From: Opitutaceae bacterium
GTDB lineage: Bacteria > Verrucomicrobiota > Verrucomicrobiia > Opitutales > Coraliomargaritaceae
Direction: 5' to 3'
DNA length: 64,000 nt
Assembly: GCA_051252375.1 (NCBI GenBank)
Contig: JBPOFY010000001.1
Location: forward strand, 608,001-672,000
Shown here: piece by piece, positions 41,634 through 52,900 of the stretch
How positions within the stretch are numbered: position 1 is the stretch's first letter
How the letters are laid out: every line of letters begins with the position of its first letter
Made by a program: the position numbers and the translations under genes
Notes under the pieces: model-generated
Database searches by the model: none
Told to the model about the DNA's origin: nothing
Seen by the model: the letters and a program-made list of their open reading frames with translations, nothing else

Positions 41634-43699
41634 GCGATCAAGCCATCGCGTCGTAGAAGCGCATCTGGGTCTGGTGCTCGGTGCATGAAGTCCTTGAATA
41701 ATTTGGCTGGGTCTTCCGAGTTACCTTTGGCTAGTATCTTATCGCGGAAGTCGCGACCGGTTTCGGGGCAAAGGATGCCTTCTTTTTGGAAGCGCGTAAA
41801 GGCGTCTGCGTCCAGCACTTCTGCCCATTTATAGGAGTAGTAACCTGCAGCATAGCCCGTGGCGCTGCTGAATAGGTGCCCGAAGTTGAAGACATTTGAT
41901 TTGGGCTCGGTTTTATATTCCGCGCTATAGCCCGCGAGGCGTTCTTTGATGAAGGCGTCTAAGTCGGCTTTGTCGGAGTTGGGCCAATTTATGTGCAGCT
42001 CCAAGTCCATCTTACCCATGGCTAGTTGGCGTGCGTTTGCACTGGCTTTCATGTAGTTGCGCGCGGCCAACATTTTATAGAAGAGCGCTTCCGGAATGGG
42101 TTCGCCGGTTTCGTGATGTCGCGCGAAGAGATCTAGGCTTTCGCGTTCCCAGCACCAGTTTTCCATGATTTGTGAAGGCAGTTCGACAAAGTCCCACGGC
42201 ACATTGACTCCATTAAGGGATTTGACTTCGACCTCGCCACAGAGGTGGTGGAGGAGGTGCCCGAACTCGTGGAAAATCGTCTCGACCTCACGGTGGTTGA
42301 GCAGCGCGGGTTGGTCGCCGACAGAGGGTGTTAAATTGCCGCAAATGAGTCCGAGGTGCGGGCTGCGTTCGCCGGCAGTGGTGTCGCGCTGACCGGTGAT
42401 AAAGTAATTCATCCACGCCCCGCCACGTTTTGATTCACGTGGGTGCCAATCTGCGTAGAAGGAGCCGAGGTGTTCATTGCTGTTGATGTCGAAAAGATCG
42501 TAAAACTTCACTTCGGGGTGCCAAACTTCCGCGGAGGACTCGAGATTCGTGTCCTGTTCTTCGATTCTAAGACCGAAGATTTGTTGGGCGATTTCGAACA
42601 TGCCACTGATCACGCGATTGATTGGGAAGTAAGGACGCAGCACTTCTTCATCGAAATCATAATTGGCTTTGCGCTGCTTTTCTGACCAGTAGCCGCTCTC
42701 CCATGGTTCGAGTAATTCGGTCGATGTGTTAGTGACCTTGGCTTTAAACTCGCGAAGGGTAATCACCTCGTCGTTGAATTGTTCTTTGACTTTTTCAAAA
42801 ATCGTCTCGCCGAACTTAAGGGCTGCTTGACCGGAGGCCGCCATACGACGCTCGGTGACGTGGTCTGCAAAATTGGCTTGGCCAACGAGCTGGGCAAATT
42901 CATGGCGCAGGTCGAGGATCTCGCGGACTAAGTCGCGATTGTCGTGGGGCTCATTGCGACCGGTTGCTGCGTAGGCCTGCCAGACTTCCTTTCGCAGTGC
43001 ATCGCTATCAGCGTAAGTTAGGACGGGAATGAGTGAGGGCGCTTGGAGCGTGAAGCGCCACGCGTCGGCATGGTCTTTTTGAAGCGCATTTTGTTTTGCG
43101 GCGTCGATCGCAGATTGGGGGAGTCCGGCGAGGAGTGATTCATCGGTGATGATTTTCTCCCAGCCATTGGTGGCATCGAGGCAATTTTCCGAGTATTTTT
43201 GAGTGATTTCCGCGAGACGGCTTTGGATCTCACCCGCGCGCTTCTTTTGCTCTTTGGGAAGGTCGGCACCTTGTTCTCGGAAGTCTGCGAGTGTTTCGTG
43301 GACGTAGCGTTTTTTGGTGGGGGAGAGCGCTTGGGCGGCGGGGCTTTCTCCGAATGCTTTCAGAGTGTTCCAAAGTGCTTCATTGAGCGGGATGCTGGAG
43401 AAGAACTCCGATACTTTGGGCAGCATGGCATTATGCGCTCCGCGTAACTCCGGGCTATTGGCGACTGAATCTAAATGAGAGACGAGGCCCCACGCACGGT
43501 TGAGTGCTTCCAGTCCATTATCCAAGGCGACGATGGTGTTTTCATATGTGAGTGTTGTGGCGTCAGCACTTGCTCGCGCAGCGACGGCATCGACAGCGGC
43601 TTGCGCGTCTGCGAGTGCCTTTGAGATGTCTGTCTCAATGTGGTCTGGAGTGAGAGAGGACCAGCGAATGTGGAAGTCGTTTTGTAGAAATGGATTCAT
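41630..43699 (-). CDS. prlC: M3 family oligopeptidase A
   Basis: KRGGAWM, FHEFGHLLH, DFVELPSQ, YYSYKWAEV. Confidence 0.93.
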   Translation of the reverse strand: MNPFLQNDFHIRWSSLTPDHIETDISKALADAQAAVDAVAARASADATTLTYENTIVALDNGLEALNRAWGLVSHLDSVANSPELRGAHNAMLPKVSEFFSSIPLNEALWNTLKAFGESPAAQALSPTKKRYVHETLADFREQGADLPKEQKKRAGEIQSRLAEITQKYSENCLDATNGWEKIITDESLLAGLPQSAIDAAKQNALQKDHADAWRFTLQAPSLIPVLTYADSDALRKEVWQAYAATGRNEPHDNRDLVREILDLRHEFAQLVGQANFADHVTERRMAASGQAALKFGETIFEKVKEQFNDEVITLREFKAKVTNTSTELLEPWESGYWSEKQRKANYDFDEEVLRPYFPINRVISGMFEIAQQIFGLRIEEQDTNLESSAEVWHPEVKFYDLFDINSNEHLGSFYADWHPRESKRGGAWMNYFITGQRDTTAGERSPHLGLICGNLTPSVGDQPALLNHREVETIFHEFGHLLHHLCGEVEVKSLNGVNVPWDFVELPSQIMENWCWERESLDLFARHHETGEPIPEALFYKMLAARNYMKASANARQLAMGKMDLELHINWPNSDKADLDAFIKERLAGYSAEYKTEPKSNVFNFGHLFSSATGYAAGYYSYKWAEVLDADAFTRFQKEGILCPETGRDFRDKILAKGNSEDPAKLFKDFMHRAPDPDALLRRDGLIA

Positions 43700-43835
43700 A
43701 TAGTGGGTGACTGTAGTTTTGGAATGAGCTCTGTCAGTGCTTAATCTGATAGTTTGGTGGATACTGACTAATGAAAGTATCTGAAGTGTGAAATATCTTT
43801 GCCGAGTGCGGCTGAATTTTGCTTTAATGTTTCTT

Positions 43836-44819
43836 ATGTGTTCACAAAAAGCGATTCGTCATCACTCATTTGGCAAGCCTGAAGAGGTATTGAAGTTAGA
43901 GGAAATTTCAGTGCCGGAGCCACAGGCTGGCGAGGTGCGAGTGCGTTTGTTGGCTGCCACGATTAATCCGTCGGACTATGGCATGATCGGCGGGAGCTAT
44001 GGGCGGCTACGTGAACTGCCGGCCGTTGCAGGTCGCGAGGGCGTGGGTGTCGTGGATGCGCTTGGTGAAGGCGTGAGTGGTTTCGCAGTTGGCGATTCGG
44101 TGCGCTTCCCGGGTGAGGAAGGTGCGTGGTGCGAGTATACTTGTGCACCTGTGGACGATCTCCTTACAGTCCCTAGCGATGTCCCTGTCGAGCAAGCTGC
44201 GATTTCTTTTATCAATCCGCCGACAGCTTATTGCTTACTGCGGGAAGTGGTTGATTTGGCTCCTGGTAGTTGGGTGGTGCAAAATGCGGGTAACTCGGCG
44301 GTGGGTTTATCTGTTATCCAGATGGCGCGTGCAATGGGCTTGAAGACCATCAGCCAAGTGCGCCGAGAGGAATTGATCGAACCATTGAAAGCGATGGGAG
44401 CCGATCATGTTGTGGTGGAGGGCAGTGACTGGGCGAAAACTGCCAATGAATTGACGGGCGGCGAGCCGATACGCTTGGCGCTTAACTCGATTGGTGGTGC
44501 GAGTGCGACCGACCAAATTAAGGTCTTAGGTGACTCCGGCACGCAAGTGACGTTTGGTGGTATGGTCGGCGATTTGGTCCGCTTTCCGACACGTTTTCTT
44601 ATTTTTAATGATGTTCGACTGGTTGGCTTTTGGTGGGATCAATGGTCACGTCGTCATGGTGTTGAGTGTGTGCGCGAAGTGATGGATGCGGTCTATGCGA
44701 TGATGCTTAGTGGCGACTTAAAGCTCCCTATTGAGGAGACGTATGCTTTTCAGGATTTCCAAGCAGCATTGGCGCATGATAAGCAGCCGAGATTGGGCAA
44801 AATATTGCTTCGGCCGTAA
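43836..44819 (+). CDS. MDR-family trans-2-enoyl-thioester reductase (MECR/Etr1-like)
   Basis: INPSD..G.Y, GREGVG, INPPTAY.LL, QNAGNSAVG, VTFGGM, IFNDVRLVGFW; start uncertain (43827 or 43836). Confidence 0.85.
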   Translation: MCSQKAIRHHSFGKPEEVLKLEEISVPEPQAGEVRVRLLAATINPSDYGMIGGSYGRLRELPAVAGREGVGVVDALGEGVSGFAVGDSVRFPGEEGAWCEYTCAPVDDLLTVPSDVPVEQAAISFINPPTAYCLLREVVDLAPGSWVVQNAGNSAVGLSVIQMARAMGLKTISQVRREELIEPLKAMGADHVVVEGSDWAKTANELTGGEPIRLALNSIGGASATDQIKVLGDSGTQVTFGGMVGDLVRFPTRFLIFNDVRLVGFWWDQWSRRHGVECVREVMDAVYAMMLSGDLKLPIEETYAFQDFQAALAHDKQPRLGKILLRP

Positions 44820-44951
44820 GTATTGCGCGGTCAGAAAGGGTCGAGCATGTTACTTCTGGGATCTATCGGCGATGTAGCTATTGTCTTGCGAGAGTAAGGG
44901 TATTGTAGATAGTGATAATCTGGCAACAGGGTTGAGTTGCTCGGCTGAGTC

Positions 44952-47357
44952 ATGAATATTTTTAGTGAGCGCGAACGTAATACAGAGGCTGGATTTTATG
45001 GCCTCTATCGACGCTTTGAAAATGTAGCGATCTATTTGCTGTTCTTCACTTCTTTATCTTTGGCACTTAGCTTGATCGGCACGTTGCATTGGGTAGAGCC
45101 TTTATCCCTGCCTTTGGCGCTTTCCTTCGCGATGATCGCGGCATTACGTTTTCGAATGGCTGGGGTGATTGTTATTACCGCGATTACGGCGGTGGTTGTG
45201 GGAATGTTTTATTTTTTGGATTTGGGCGCTTTTGGCACCCCAGAGTTAACATATCCGGCGCTCTTTAGTTTAGGTCTGATCACATTGTTCCTGATCACGA
45301 GTGGTATTGTTGCAGTTGTGACTGGCTACCATATGCAGACGGTTTCGCTTTCTGCTCGTCGCGAGAATATGTTGCACAAGGTTTTTGATGCTTTGCCGAT
45401 TGGTATTTGGGTGCGGACGCGAAATGGTGAGACAGTATTTTTGAATGACCGTTGGGCTAGCTTTTCTTCGAAAGATAAAGAGTATTGGATGCGCGAGAAC
45501 GTGACTGTAGCACCGGTTCGTTTGGGCACCCTGTGGGAGCGATCTGTCTGTGAGGTTTTAGATGCCGAGGACGGTGCGATACGCTATCAAACCGTTGAGC
45601 TGACTGATCGGAGTGGCCGCGAGTTGAGTATGACTTTGCTGACGCTCCACATCTACATTGATCAGCTCGAAGACTATGGAACCCTGTCATTGTTAGTCGA
45701 TGAGACAGCCTTGCGAATCTATGAAGACAAGGTGCGGACGAGTGAGGATAGCCTTCGCTTCGCATTGGATAATGCGGAGATGGGTTTTTGGGATCAGAAT
45801 CTTGAGACGCGTGAGATTACTTGTGATTTAAATTGGTTGAAAATTTTGGGTTTGGACGACGAACCTGGTCTGGATTTGCTAGAGACGTGGAAAACGCGCA
45901 TTCATCCGGATGATTCTGCCCGAGTGACCGAAGTTTATAAGCGTTATTTCGAATCAGGTGGGCACTCCGTGTGTGTTACTTATCGTATACGTAAAGGGCA
46001 ACAAAAGTATATCTGGGTGCAGGACTACGTGGGGGTGGTCGAACGTGCCGCAGACGGTTCCATTAAGCGGATCATGGGCACGATGCAGGACATCACCGAG
46101 CGCAAACAGTTTGAATTCGATTTGAAGCACGCCAAAGAGCGAGCCGAAGCTGCAAGTGAGGCTAAAGGACAATTTATCGCCACCATCTCGCATGAAATTC
46201 GCACGCCATTGAATGCGATCATCGGATTATCCAGTTTTCTTGCGGAGTCCGAGATGCCGGAGGAGCAACTGGATTTGGCGCAAACGATTTACAGTAGTGG
46301 TAAGAGCTTGCTGATGTTGGTGAACGATATTCTCGATTTTTCAAAAATTGAGTCGGGTCGGTTGGATTTGGAAATGCAAGAGTATCCTTTGCGTCTATGC
46401 TTCGAAGAGTGCGTGAAATTGTTTAAGGTCCGCGCCAATGAAAAGGATGTAACACTGAGTTTAAACCTAGCCGATTCGTTAACTGAATATGCTATCGGTG
46501 ATATGGAACGGTTGCGGCAGATTGTGCAGAACCTGTTGGCCAATGCTTTGAAGTTTACCGATTCCGGTGAAGTCGAGATTTGCGTGCGACCTGTTGCGGT
46601 TTCAGATTTGCCAGAAGATCGGCGACCTGATCCTTTCGAACCGCTAGGTTACTTGGACCAGGCTGATCACGGTTACTTGGAAGTGTTGGTCAAAGATAGC
46701 GGCATCGGTATCCCTGAGGATCGCCAACATATATTGTTTAAAGCCTTTAGTCAGGTGGATGCCTCGACCACTCGTAAGTATGGAGGCACAGGTCTTGGGC
46801 TGGCGATCAGTAAGCGCTTAGTCGATGGGATGGGTGGCAAAATCTGGCTAGAAAGCAACGATGGAGAGGGGGCGACCTTTGGATTTGTGGTGCGCACCTA
46901 TTTGGTGGCAGATGAAGATGCAGAGAGTCCGGTCAGCTCAGACGGTCACGCGTTGGAGCAACCAGTGAAGCGAATATCGGAGCAACATCCATGTGATATC
47001 CTAGTTGTTGGCGATCATTCGGACACGACGGTGCTACTGAAGGCTTTTCGTCAACTTGGGTATGCCCCGCACCATAGTTTGGAGTATGATTTAAGTTCGG
47101 GCGCATTTATCCGCCGCCATTATAATCTGATATTTATATGGATGGATGACGAGGACCGTGCTCTTGAGTTAACACGGCAGATCTGCAACAACTCTGGCAT
47201 CAAAAAAACAGCTTCAATCATTGGGTGCGCGCCAGTCGGGCGCAAGGTATCAAACAAGCGATGCAACTTGTCTGGTATGCAAGCAGTCGTGGATGCGCCG
47301 ATAGGCCCCGCCCAATTGTCGGAAGTTATTTTAACTACGCTTGGTGTGCACGGTTGA
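44952..47357 (+). CDS. Membrane PAS/PAS histidine kinase with degenerate C-terminal receiver
   Basis: N-terminal TM helices, [34 protein letters not shown]. Confidence 0.92.
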   Translation: MNIFSERERNTEAGFYGLYRRFENVAIYLLFFTSLSLALSLIGTLHWVEPLSLPLALSFAMIAALRFRMAGVIVITAITAVVVGMFYFLDLGAFGTPELTYPALFSLGLITLFLITSGIVAVVTGYHMQTVSLSARRENMLHKVFDALPIGIWVRTRNGETVFLNDRWASFSSKDKEYWMRENVTVAPVRLGTLWERSVCEVLDAEDGAIRYQTVELTDRSGRELSMTLLTLHIYIDQLEDYGTLSLLVDETALRIYEDKVRTSEDSLRFALDNAEMGFWDQNLETREITCDLNWLKILGLDDEPGLDLLETWKTRIHPDDSARVTEVYKRYFESGGHSVCVTYRIRKGQQKYIWVQDYVGVVERAADGSIKRIMGTMQDITERKQFEFDLKHAKERAEAASEAKGQFIATISHEIRTPLNAIIGLSSFLAESEMPEEQLDLAQTIYSSGKSLLMLVNDILDFSKIESGRLDLEMQEYPLRLCFEECVKLFKVRANEKDVTLSLNLADSLTEYAIGDMERLRQIVQNLLANALKFTDSGEVEICVRPVAVSDLPEDRRPDPFEPLGYLDQADHGYLEVLVKDSGIGIPEDRQHILFKAFSQVDASTTRKYGGTGLGLAISKRLVDGMGGKIWLESNDGEGATFGFVVRTYLVADEDAESPVSSDGHALEQPVKRISEQHPCDILVVGDHSDTTVLLKAFRQLGYAPHHSLEYDLSSGAFIRRHYNLIFIWMDDEDRALELTRQICNNSGIKKTASIIGCAPVGRKVSNKRCNLSGMQAVVDAPIGPAQLSEVILTTLGVHG

Positions 47358-49017
47358 TCGCGCTGACGAGTGCGCGGAGACCTGCCAACTCGATATTACT
47401 GTCGATGCCGCAACCATAGAAGTTTAGACCGTCTTCGCGCTTAATTTGAATGTAAGCTGCTGCCTTGGTCTTGGAGCCACCGCCGATAGAGTGTTGGCGA
47501 TAGTCGATCAAGTTGAAGTCCTTGTGTCCTTGCTGTTGAAGCGCATCGACAAAGGCACTGATCGGGCCATTGCCGGTGCCTGACACGACGGCGTCTTTAC
47601 CTTCGTAGCGGATCTCTGCTTCGACTCGAACTTCCCCTGTTTTGGAAAAATCTTCTCGGTCGATGGAAACGATTTCTAGTGGTGTGCTAAGGTTGACGTA
47701 TTCACGTTGGAACACTTCATGCACTTCGACCGGGCTGAGTTCACGACTGCCTGCGTCAGCGGCGTTATTCACGACGGTGCCGACTTCGGGGTGCATGGCT
47801 TTGGGCAAGTCGAGATTGTAGTCGCGGTCGAGGATGTAGGCCACGCCGCCTTTGCCGCTCTGACTGTTGATGCGGATAATGGCTTCGTAGTCGCGACCGA
47901 GGTCTTCGGGGTCGATTAACAAATAGGGCACTTCCCAGCGTGTGGTATCGGTGCTGTCTTTTGCGCGCAAGTCCATGCCTTTCTTGATCGCATCTTGGTG
48001 CGAGCCCGAAAAAGCGGTGAAGACGAGGTCGCCCGCATAAGGGTGGCGATCGTGCACAGTCATGCGTGTGACGCGTTCGTAAACAGAACGAACGTGCTCC
48101 AAGTTGCTGAAGTTGAGCAAGGGGTCGATGCCTTGGGTGTATAAATTCAAGGCCACGGTGACGATGTCGAGGTTGCCTGTGCGTTCGCCATTGCCGAAGA
48201 GGGTGCCCTCCACGCGATCTGCGCCAGCCATCAAGCCGAGCTCGGTCGCCGCGATGCCAGTGCCACGGTCGTTATGTGTGTGCAAACTGATGATCGCCTT
48301 ATTGCGTTCCTTTAAGTGGCGGCAGAACCATTCGATTTGGTCGGCATGCACGTTTGGCGTAGCCACCTCTACTGTGGCCGGCAAGTTGAGGATGATCTTC
48401 GCATCTTCGGTCGGTTGCCATTCGGCCATCACCGCTTCGCACACTTCAAGTGCATATTCGACTTCCGTATCTGAAAAGCTTTCCGGCGAATACTCTAGGC
48501 GGACCTGCGTGTCGGGAATGGTGGAGACGAGGCTTTTGACCAAGCGTGTGCCTTCCACTGCGATTTGTTTAATCTCTTCCTTGGTTTTATTGAAAGTGAC
48601 ACGTCGCTGAAGCGGAGAGGTGGAATTATACAAGTGCACGATTGCTTTAGAGACGCCTTCCAAGCTCTCGAAAGTGCGCCGAATTAAGTGCTCACGCGCT
48701 TGGACCAATACTTGCAAAGTGACGTCGGCGGGGATGCGCTTTTCGTCCACCAAGCGGCGGATAAAGTTAAACTCAGTATCGCTAGCCGAAGGGAAGCCGA
48801 CTTCAATTTCCTTGAAGCCTGTCTCTACGAGGAGCTGAAACATCTCAAGCTTCTCGTCCACATTCATGGGCGTGGCGAGGGCCTGATTGCCGTCGCGCAA
48901 GTCAACGCTGGCCCAAATGGGGGCGCGCTCAATTACCTTATCCGGCCAGGTGCGGTCAGTTAAGGGGATCTGTTTAAAAGGAGTGTATTTAGTGATGTTG
49001 CCTGTTTGCATGGTCAT
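47335..49017 (-). CDS. leuA: 2-isopropylmalate synthase (yeast/actinobacterial type)
   Basis: DLRDGNQAL, YSPESF, LHTHNDRG, GNGERTGN, AFSGSHQDAI, GNGPI regulatory domain. Confidence 0.97.
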   Translation of the reverse strand: MTMQTGNITKYTPFKQIPLTDRTWPDKVIERAPIWASVDLRDGNQALATPMNVDEKLEMFQLLVETGFKEIEVGFPSASDTEFNFIRRLVDEKRIPADVTLQVLVQAREHLIRRTFESLEGVSKAIVHLYNSTSPLQRRVTFNKTKEEIKQIAVEGTRLVKSLVSTIPDTQVRLEYSPESFSDTEVEYALEVCEAVMAEWQPTEDAKIILNLPATVEVATPNVHADQIEWFCRHLKERNKAIISLHTHNDRGTGIAATELGLMAGADRVEGTLFGNGERTGNLDIVTVALNLYTQGIDPLLNFSNLEHVRSVYERVTRMTVHDRHPYAGDLVFTAFSGSHQDAIKKGMDLRAKDSTDTTRWEVPYLLIDPEDLGRDYEAIIRINSQSGKGGVAYILDRDYNLDLPKAMHPEVGTVVNNAADAGSRELSPVEVHEVFQREYVNLSTPLEIVSIDREDFSKTGEVRVEAEIRYEGKDAVVSGTGNGPISAFVDALQQQGHKDFNLIDYRQHSIGGGSKTKAAAYIQIKREDGLNFYGCGIDSNIELAGLRALVSAINRAHQA

Positions 49018-49057
49018 CGGGAGTCAATCGGTTCGAAAGTGTATGCGGATTATACCT

Positions 49058-49090
49058 AAAAACGAAAGCGTGAATTCATGTGACGCTTCG
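49058..49090 (-). terminator. Attenuator terminator upstream of leuA
   Basis: Minus strand CGAAGCGT-(11 nt)-ACGCTTTCG-TTTTT, about 40 nt before the leuA start. Confidence 0.7.
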
Positions 49091-49159
49091 GTTGCTGGAG
49101 CAATGGCTCTCTGGCATGGCGCGGGCTTTTTGCCCGCAGACGGTTTGCTTCAAATCCCC

Positions 49160-49213
49160 CTAGGGGAGAAGCTTGCTGAGCGATCCTAGTAGGATGTGCT
49201 GTTGGCCGTTCAT
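49160..49213 (-). CDS. leuL: leu leader peptide MNGQQHILLGSLSKLLP
   Basis: ATG AAC GGC CAA CAG CAC ATC CTA CTA GGA TCG CTC AGC AAG CTT CTC CCC TAG; five Leu including tandem CUA CUA; TTGACA at 49258-49253 upstream. Confidence 0.75.
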   Translation of the reverse strand: MNGQQHILLGSLSKLLP

Positions 49214-49350
49214 AAGTTGCATCGACTCTGAGCATTCATTGACTCTCTCCACTGTCAAGCGTCTGCTTCGCTCCCAGTGGGTTTGGTGGTTGGGAAGGAA
49301 GCCTGACTTGAGTCTTGTTTGTCGTGTAAAATCGTTACATTTTCTGTGGC

Positions 49351-49923
49351 GTGTCAGATGTTCATACAGATTTAGCGGGGCGCACCATTATATTGGGCGT
49401 TACGGGTTCCATCGCAGCGTTCAAAGCTGCCGATATTGTAAGTCGTCTGACGGAGGCGGGGGCGAAGGTGTATCCAGTCATGACCGATGGAGCATGTCGC
49501 TTTATCCAGCCATTGACTTTGCAGACACTTTCGCGGCAGCCAGTGAGCTCGGATTTGTGGGACGAGGGCGACGGCTGGCAGCCCGGACACATTGAATTAG
49601 CAGATCAAGCCGATTTGCTGCTAGTGGCTCCAGCGACGGCGCATTGCATCGCTCAGTTTGCTCAAGGGCTCGCGCCGGATTTACTGACTTCTATTCACCT
49701 AGCCACGCCAGCTCCGGTGATGATTGCTCCTGCCATGAATGGGAAGATGCTGGCACATGCGGCGACTCAAGCGAATATTGAAATACTACAGCAGCGAGGT
49801 TATCATTTTATCGAACCAGATAGCGGTATGCTCGCATGTGGCTACGAGGGGGATGGTAAATTGGCTTCGGTAGAGCGTATCGTGGAAACAGTTATAGGAT
49901 TTTTCCAGAACCAGTCATTATAA
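49351..49923 (+). CDS. coaC: Phosphopantothenoylcysteine decarboxylase, stand-alone
   Basis: GVTGSIAAFK, HIELA, APAT, APAMN, LACGYEGDGKL; no CoaB domain; GTG start. Confidence 0.9.
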   Translation: MSDVHTDLAGRTIILGVTGSIAAFKAADIVSRLTEAGAKVYPVMTDGACRFIQPLTLQTLSRQPVSSDLWDEGDGWQPGHIELADQADLLLVAPATAHCIAQFAQGLAPDLLTSIHLATPAPVMIAPAMNGKMLAHAATQANIEILQQRGYHFIEPDSGMLACGYEGDGKLASVERIVETVIGFFQNQSL

Positions 49924-49927
49924 TTGA

Positions 49928-52900
49928 ATGGACCAAGAGGAATCGCAGTCAGAAGAACCTATAAGCCCCGAATCAACGGGCGAGCGCTTGAAGAACCGTG
50001 TTTTGAAGCCAGGTGAGAGCTTCGGTAACTTTCGTGTGGTCAAATGCCAAGCCGCAGGCTTGATCGCTAATTATTACCACATGCAACATGTGCGTGATTT
50101 GCATGATGTGACTGTGGGTATTTTTCATCACCGCGTTGAAGCGGATGATAAATTTCTGAAGCGTCTGCAAACCCTACAAAAGACCTTGGAGGGTTTTCAG
50201 CACGAGGCGATTCCTAAGATTGTGGATTGCGCAGTGGTGAATAAGCGCACTTGCATTTTCCTCGAAACGGTGAAGGGGCAGTCGCTTAGCCAATACTTTT
50301 CAGCCCATGGTTCGCCCGGTAATACGGGGATAGATTCAGATGCGGTGACGCGTCTAGTGGCGCAGTTGTTGGGTGCAGTGGGCTACGCGCATTCTCAAGG
50401 AGTCGATCATCGGGATTTGGACTCGGACATGATTTTCGTTAAGGAGGATGGTTCGTTGCAAGTTCTAGGCTTAGGCATAAAGGCAACGCTTGGAGTGGAG
50501 TTATTTGAGTCCATCGTTTCGGCTTCGGTGTCTCCATTGGTTTCCAATAAGACAGTCGGGAGGATTAATTCTTTCGATGTGATGAGCCCTGAATACAAGG
50601 GCGGGAAAAGTGAAGATTCACGAGTGGATGTTTATGGTGTCGGGGTGCTCGGTTACTGGTTATTAACTGGTCAGAAATTCCAGCTTTCTAAGTGGGTGGC
50701 TCCGTCGGAATTAGTTGAGGGATTGTCATCGAAGTGGGACGGTTTCTTTGAAAAATCTCTAGAAAGGGATGATGAGATACGCTTTCAGTCATGTAAGATC
50801 GCCTTAATCGGGTTGAAAGATGCTGATGTCGAAGCCGATCCCGATCGGGCGGGATTTGTGCAACGGCAAATAGACCGCATCCCTGTGCCGAAGGGGATCG
50901 TGGAGCGTGGTGAATTGGCTGCTCGCGTTTATCGGCTGAGTCTTATCGGGGTGGTTGGTCTGACCCTGACCGCATTGGCAGCTTCCTTTCTCGGGGTAGC
51001 ATTCACTGACACCGAAGAGTATGTTCGAGAGGTCGCTCAAGAAGTAGGAGTGGGAGAAGATCCGACGGTCCGAGTGAAATTATCGCCACCTGTTTCCAAA
51101 CTACAATTCGTTGGTTACAGTAATAAGTTTATCGCTATCGAGGGGGCGATCGGGCTCTTGGTTCAGCCTGGAGATTATAAACTACTGATAACAGCCCCTC
51201 ACCATGTTGAACAAGAAGTTGCGCTGCATGTCCCAGTTGAGGGGGCTGGAGATACGATCGAGATGGAGGTAACTCTAAAGCCTGCTTGGACTGACTTTAG
51301 GATTACTACCGAGCCTGGGGCGGCGATTTCTGTAATTGATGATCGTGGTATTGAGATTGATTTGGGTGTCGTCGATGGGGAAGGGAATTTCTCAATCGAG
51401 AAGGGGATCTTTGCTGGCACTTACCAAATCGTGGTGAAGAAGGAGGGCTATACTTCGCGAACACTCGATAATCAAGAAATTGAATTTGATACTGCAAATG
51501 AAGTGCAGGTTGATCTGGTGCCGCTGCCTTCGAGTGTCACGATACGAACCGAGCCGACAGGAGCCCGCATCTTGATCAACGATGTGTTGGTTGGAGTGTC
51601 GCCAGTCACGGTAGATGATGTGGCGCCCGCAGAGCACTACTTAATCGTCGCGCATTATGATGGATATCGTTCTGTTGGTCGCCGTATCGAAATCGAGGCG
51701 GGCGAAGCGAAGGTCGTCGATTTCGGTGCTTTATTTCCTCGTTCCGGCGAGCTCACGTTTGATGTGACTTTTGAGGGTATTTCTGCCGCAGAAGCCCTAC
51801 CTATGATGGGTGAGCTAAGTGTCGAAGTGGATGGGGACGTGTTTCCTTACGGATCCCATCAGTTGTCGGCGCTGAAAGAGGGTTCGCATAATATTCAGCT
51901 ATTACATCCGCAGTATCGCTCGGAGCCCCAAGAGGTGACGATCGTTGATAGGGAAGTCGCTAAAATTGATGTTCAGTTATTTCCTCGTCCGGGAGTGGTC
52001 GAACTAGTTTTGCCGAAAGCGTTCAAGCCAGAGGTTCTAGTGAATCACGAAGAGGTGACATTGACCGATGGCTTGGTAGAAGTGCCCGCAGGTGAGACGG
52101 TCGAACTCGAACTTCGTATTCAAAACCATTTAACGATGTCGCGAAAAGTCGAACTGGCACCCAACGAACGTTTTGTCTGGGAGGTCGAACCGGTGGCGAT
52201 TCCGGGACCCACGGTGGGGCAAAGTTGGACGATGCCATATCTCGGGCATGAATTCGCGTGGGTGGGTTCTGGTCAGTTTAGTATGGGAAGTCCGCCAACG
52301 GAACCTGCTCGTTTACCGAATGAAGGACCCGAAACGCAAATCCAGCTGACTGAAGGATTCTGGGCAGCGATTTATGAGGTCACGCAGGCGCAGTTTATTG
52401 AAATCATGGACCGGAATCCTTCCGAGTTTCTCGGCTTGAGGAAACCGGTGGTCAACGTGACATGGAAAGAAGCGAAGCAGTTTTGCGAATTGTTGACACA
52501 CTTCGAAAAGGTGGCGCATCGCCTACCTGTAGGGTATGTGTATCGTCTGCCGACCGAAGCGGAGTGGGAGTGCTTGGCTCGTGCTGGCACGCAGTCGCCA
52601 TTTTCTTTTGGTGATACGGCCGATGCTACAAAAGGTAATTTCCGCGGGGTGTATCCCGCCAGCAACGAAAAAGGAGTCCGTGCGACTGCGCATTATGGCA
52701 CGGTAAACGTGGGATCTTATGAGGCCAATCCTTGGGGGATCTATGATGTGCATGGAAATGCGCAGGAATGGACACTAGATGTCTACAATGGGCGCCTGCC
52801 TGGAGGTCGCCTAGTCGATCCTGCGCCAAGAACAGAAGGTCAACGTATCGCGGTGCGAGGTGGTAGTTGGGAAGATTTTGCGCCCCTTGTGCGGAGTGCT

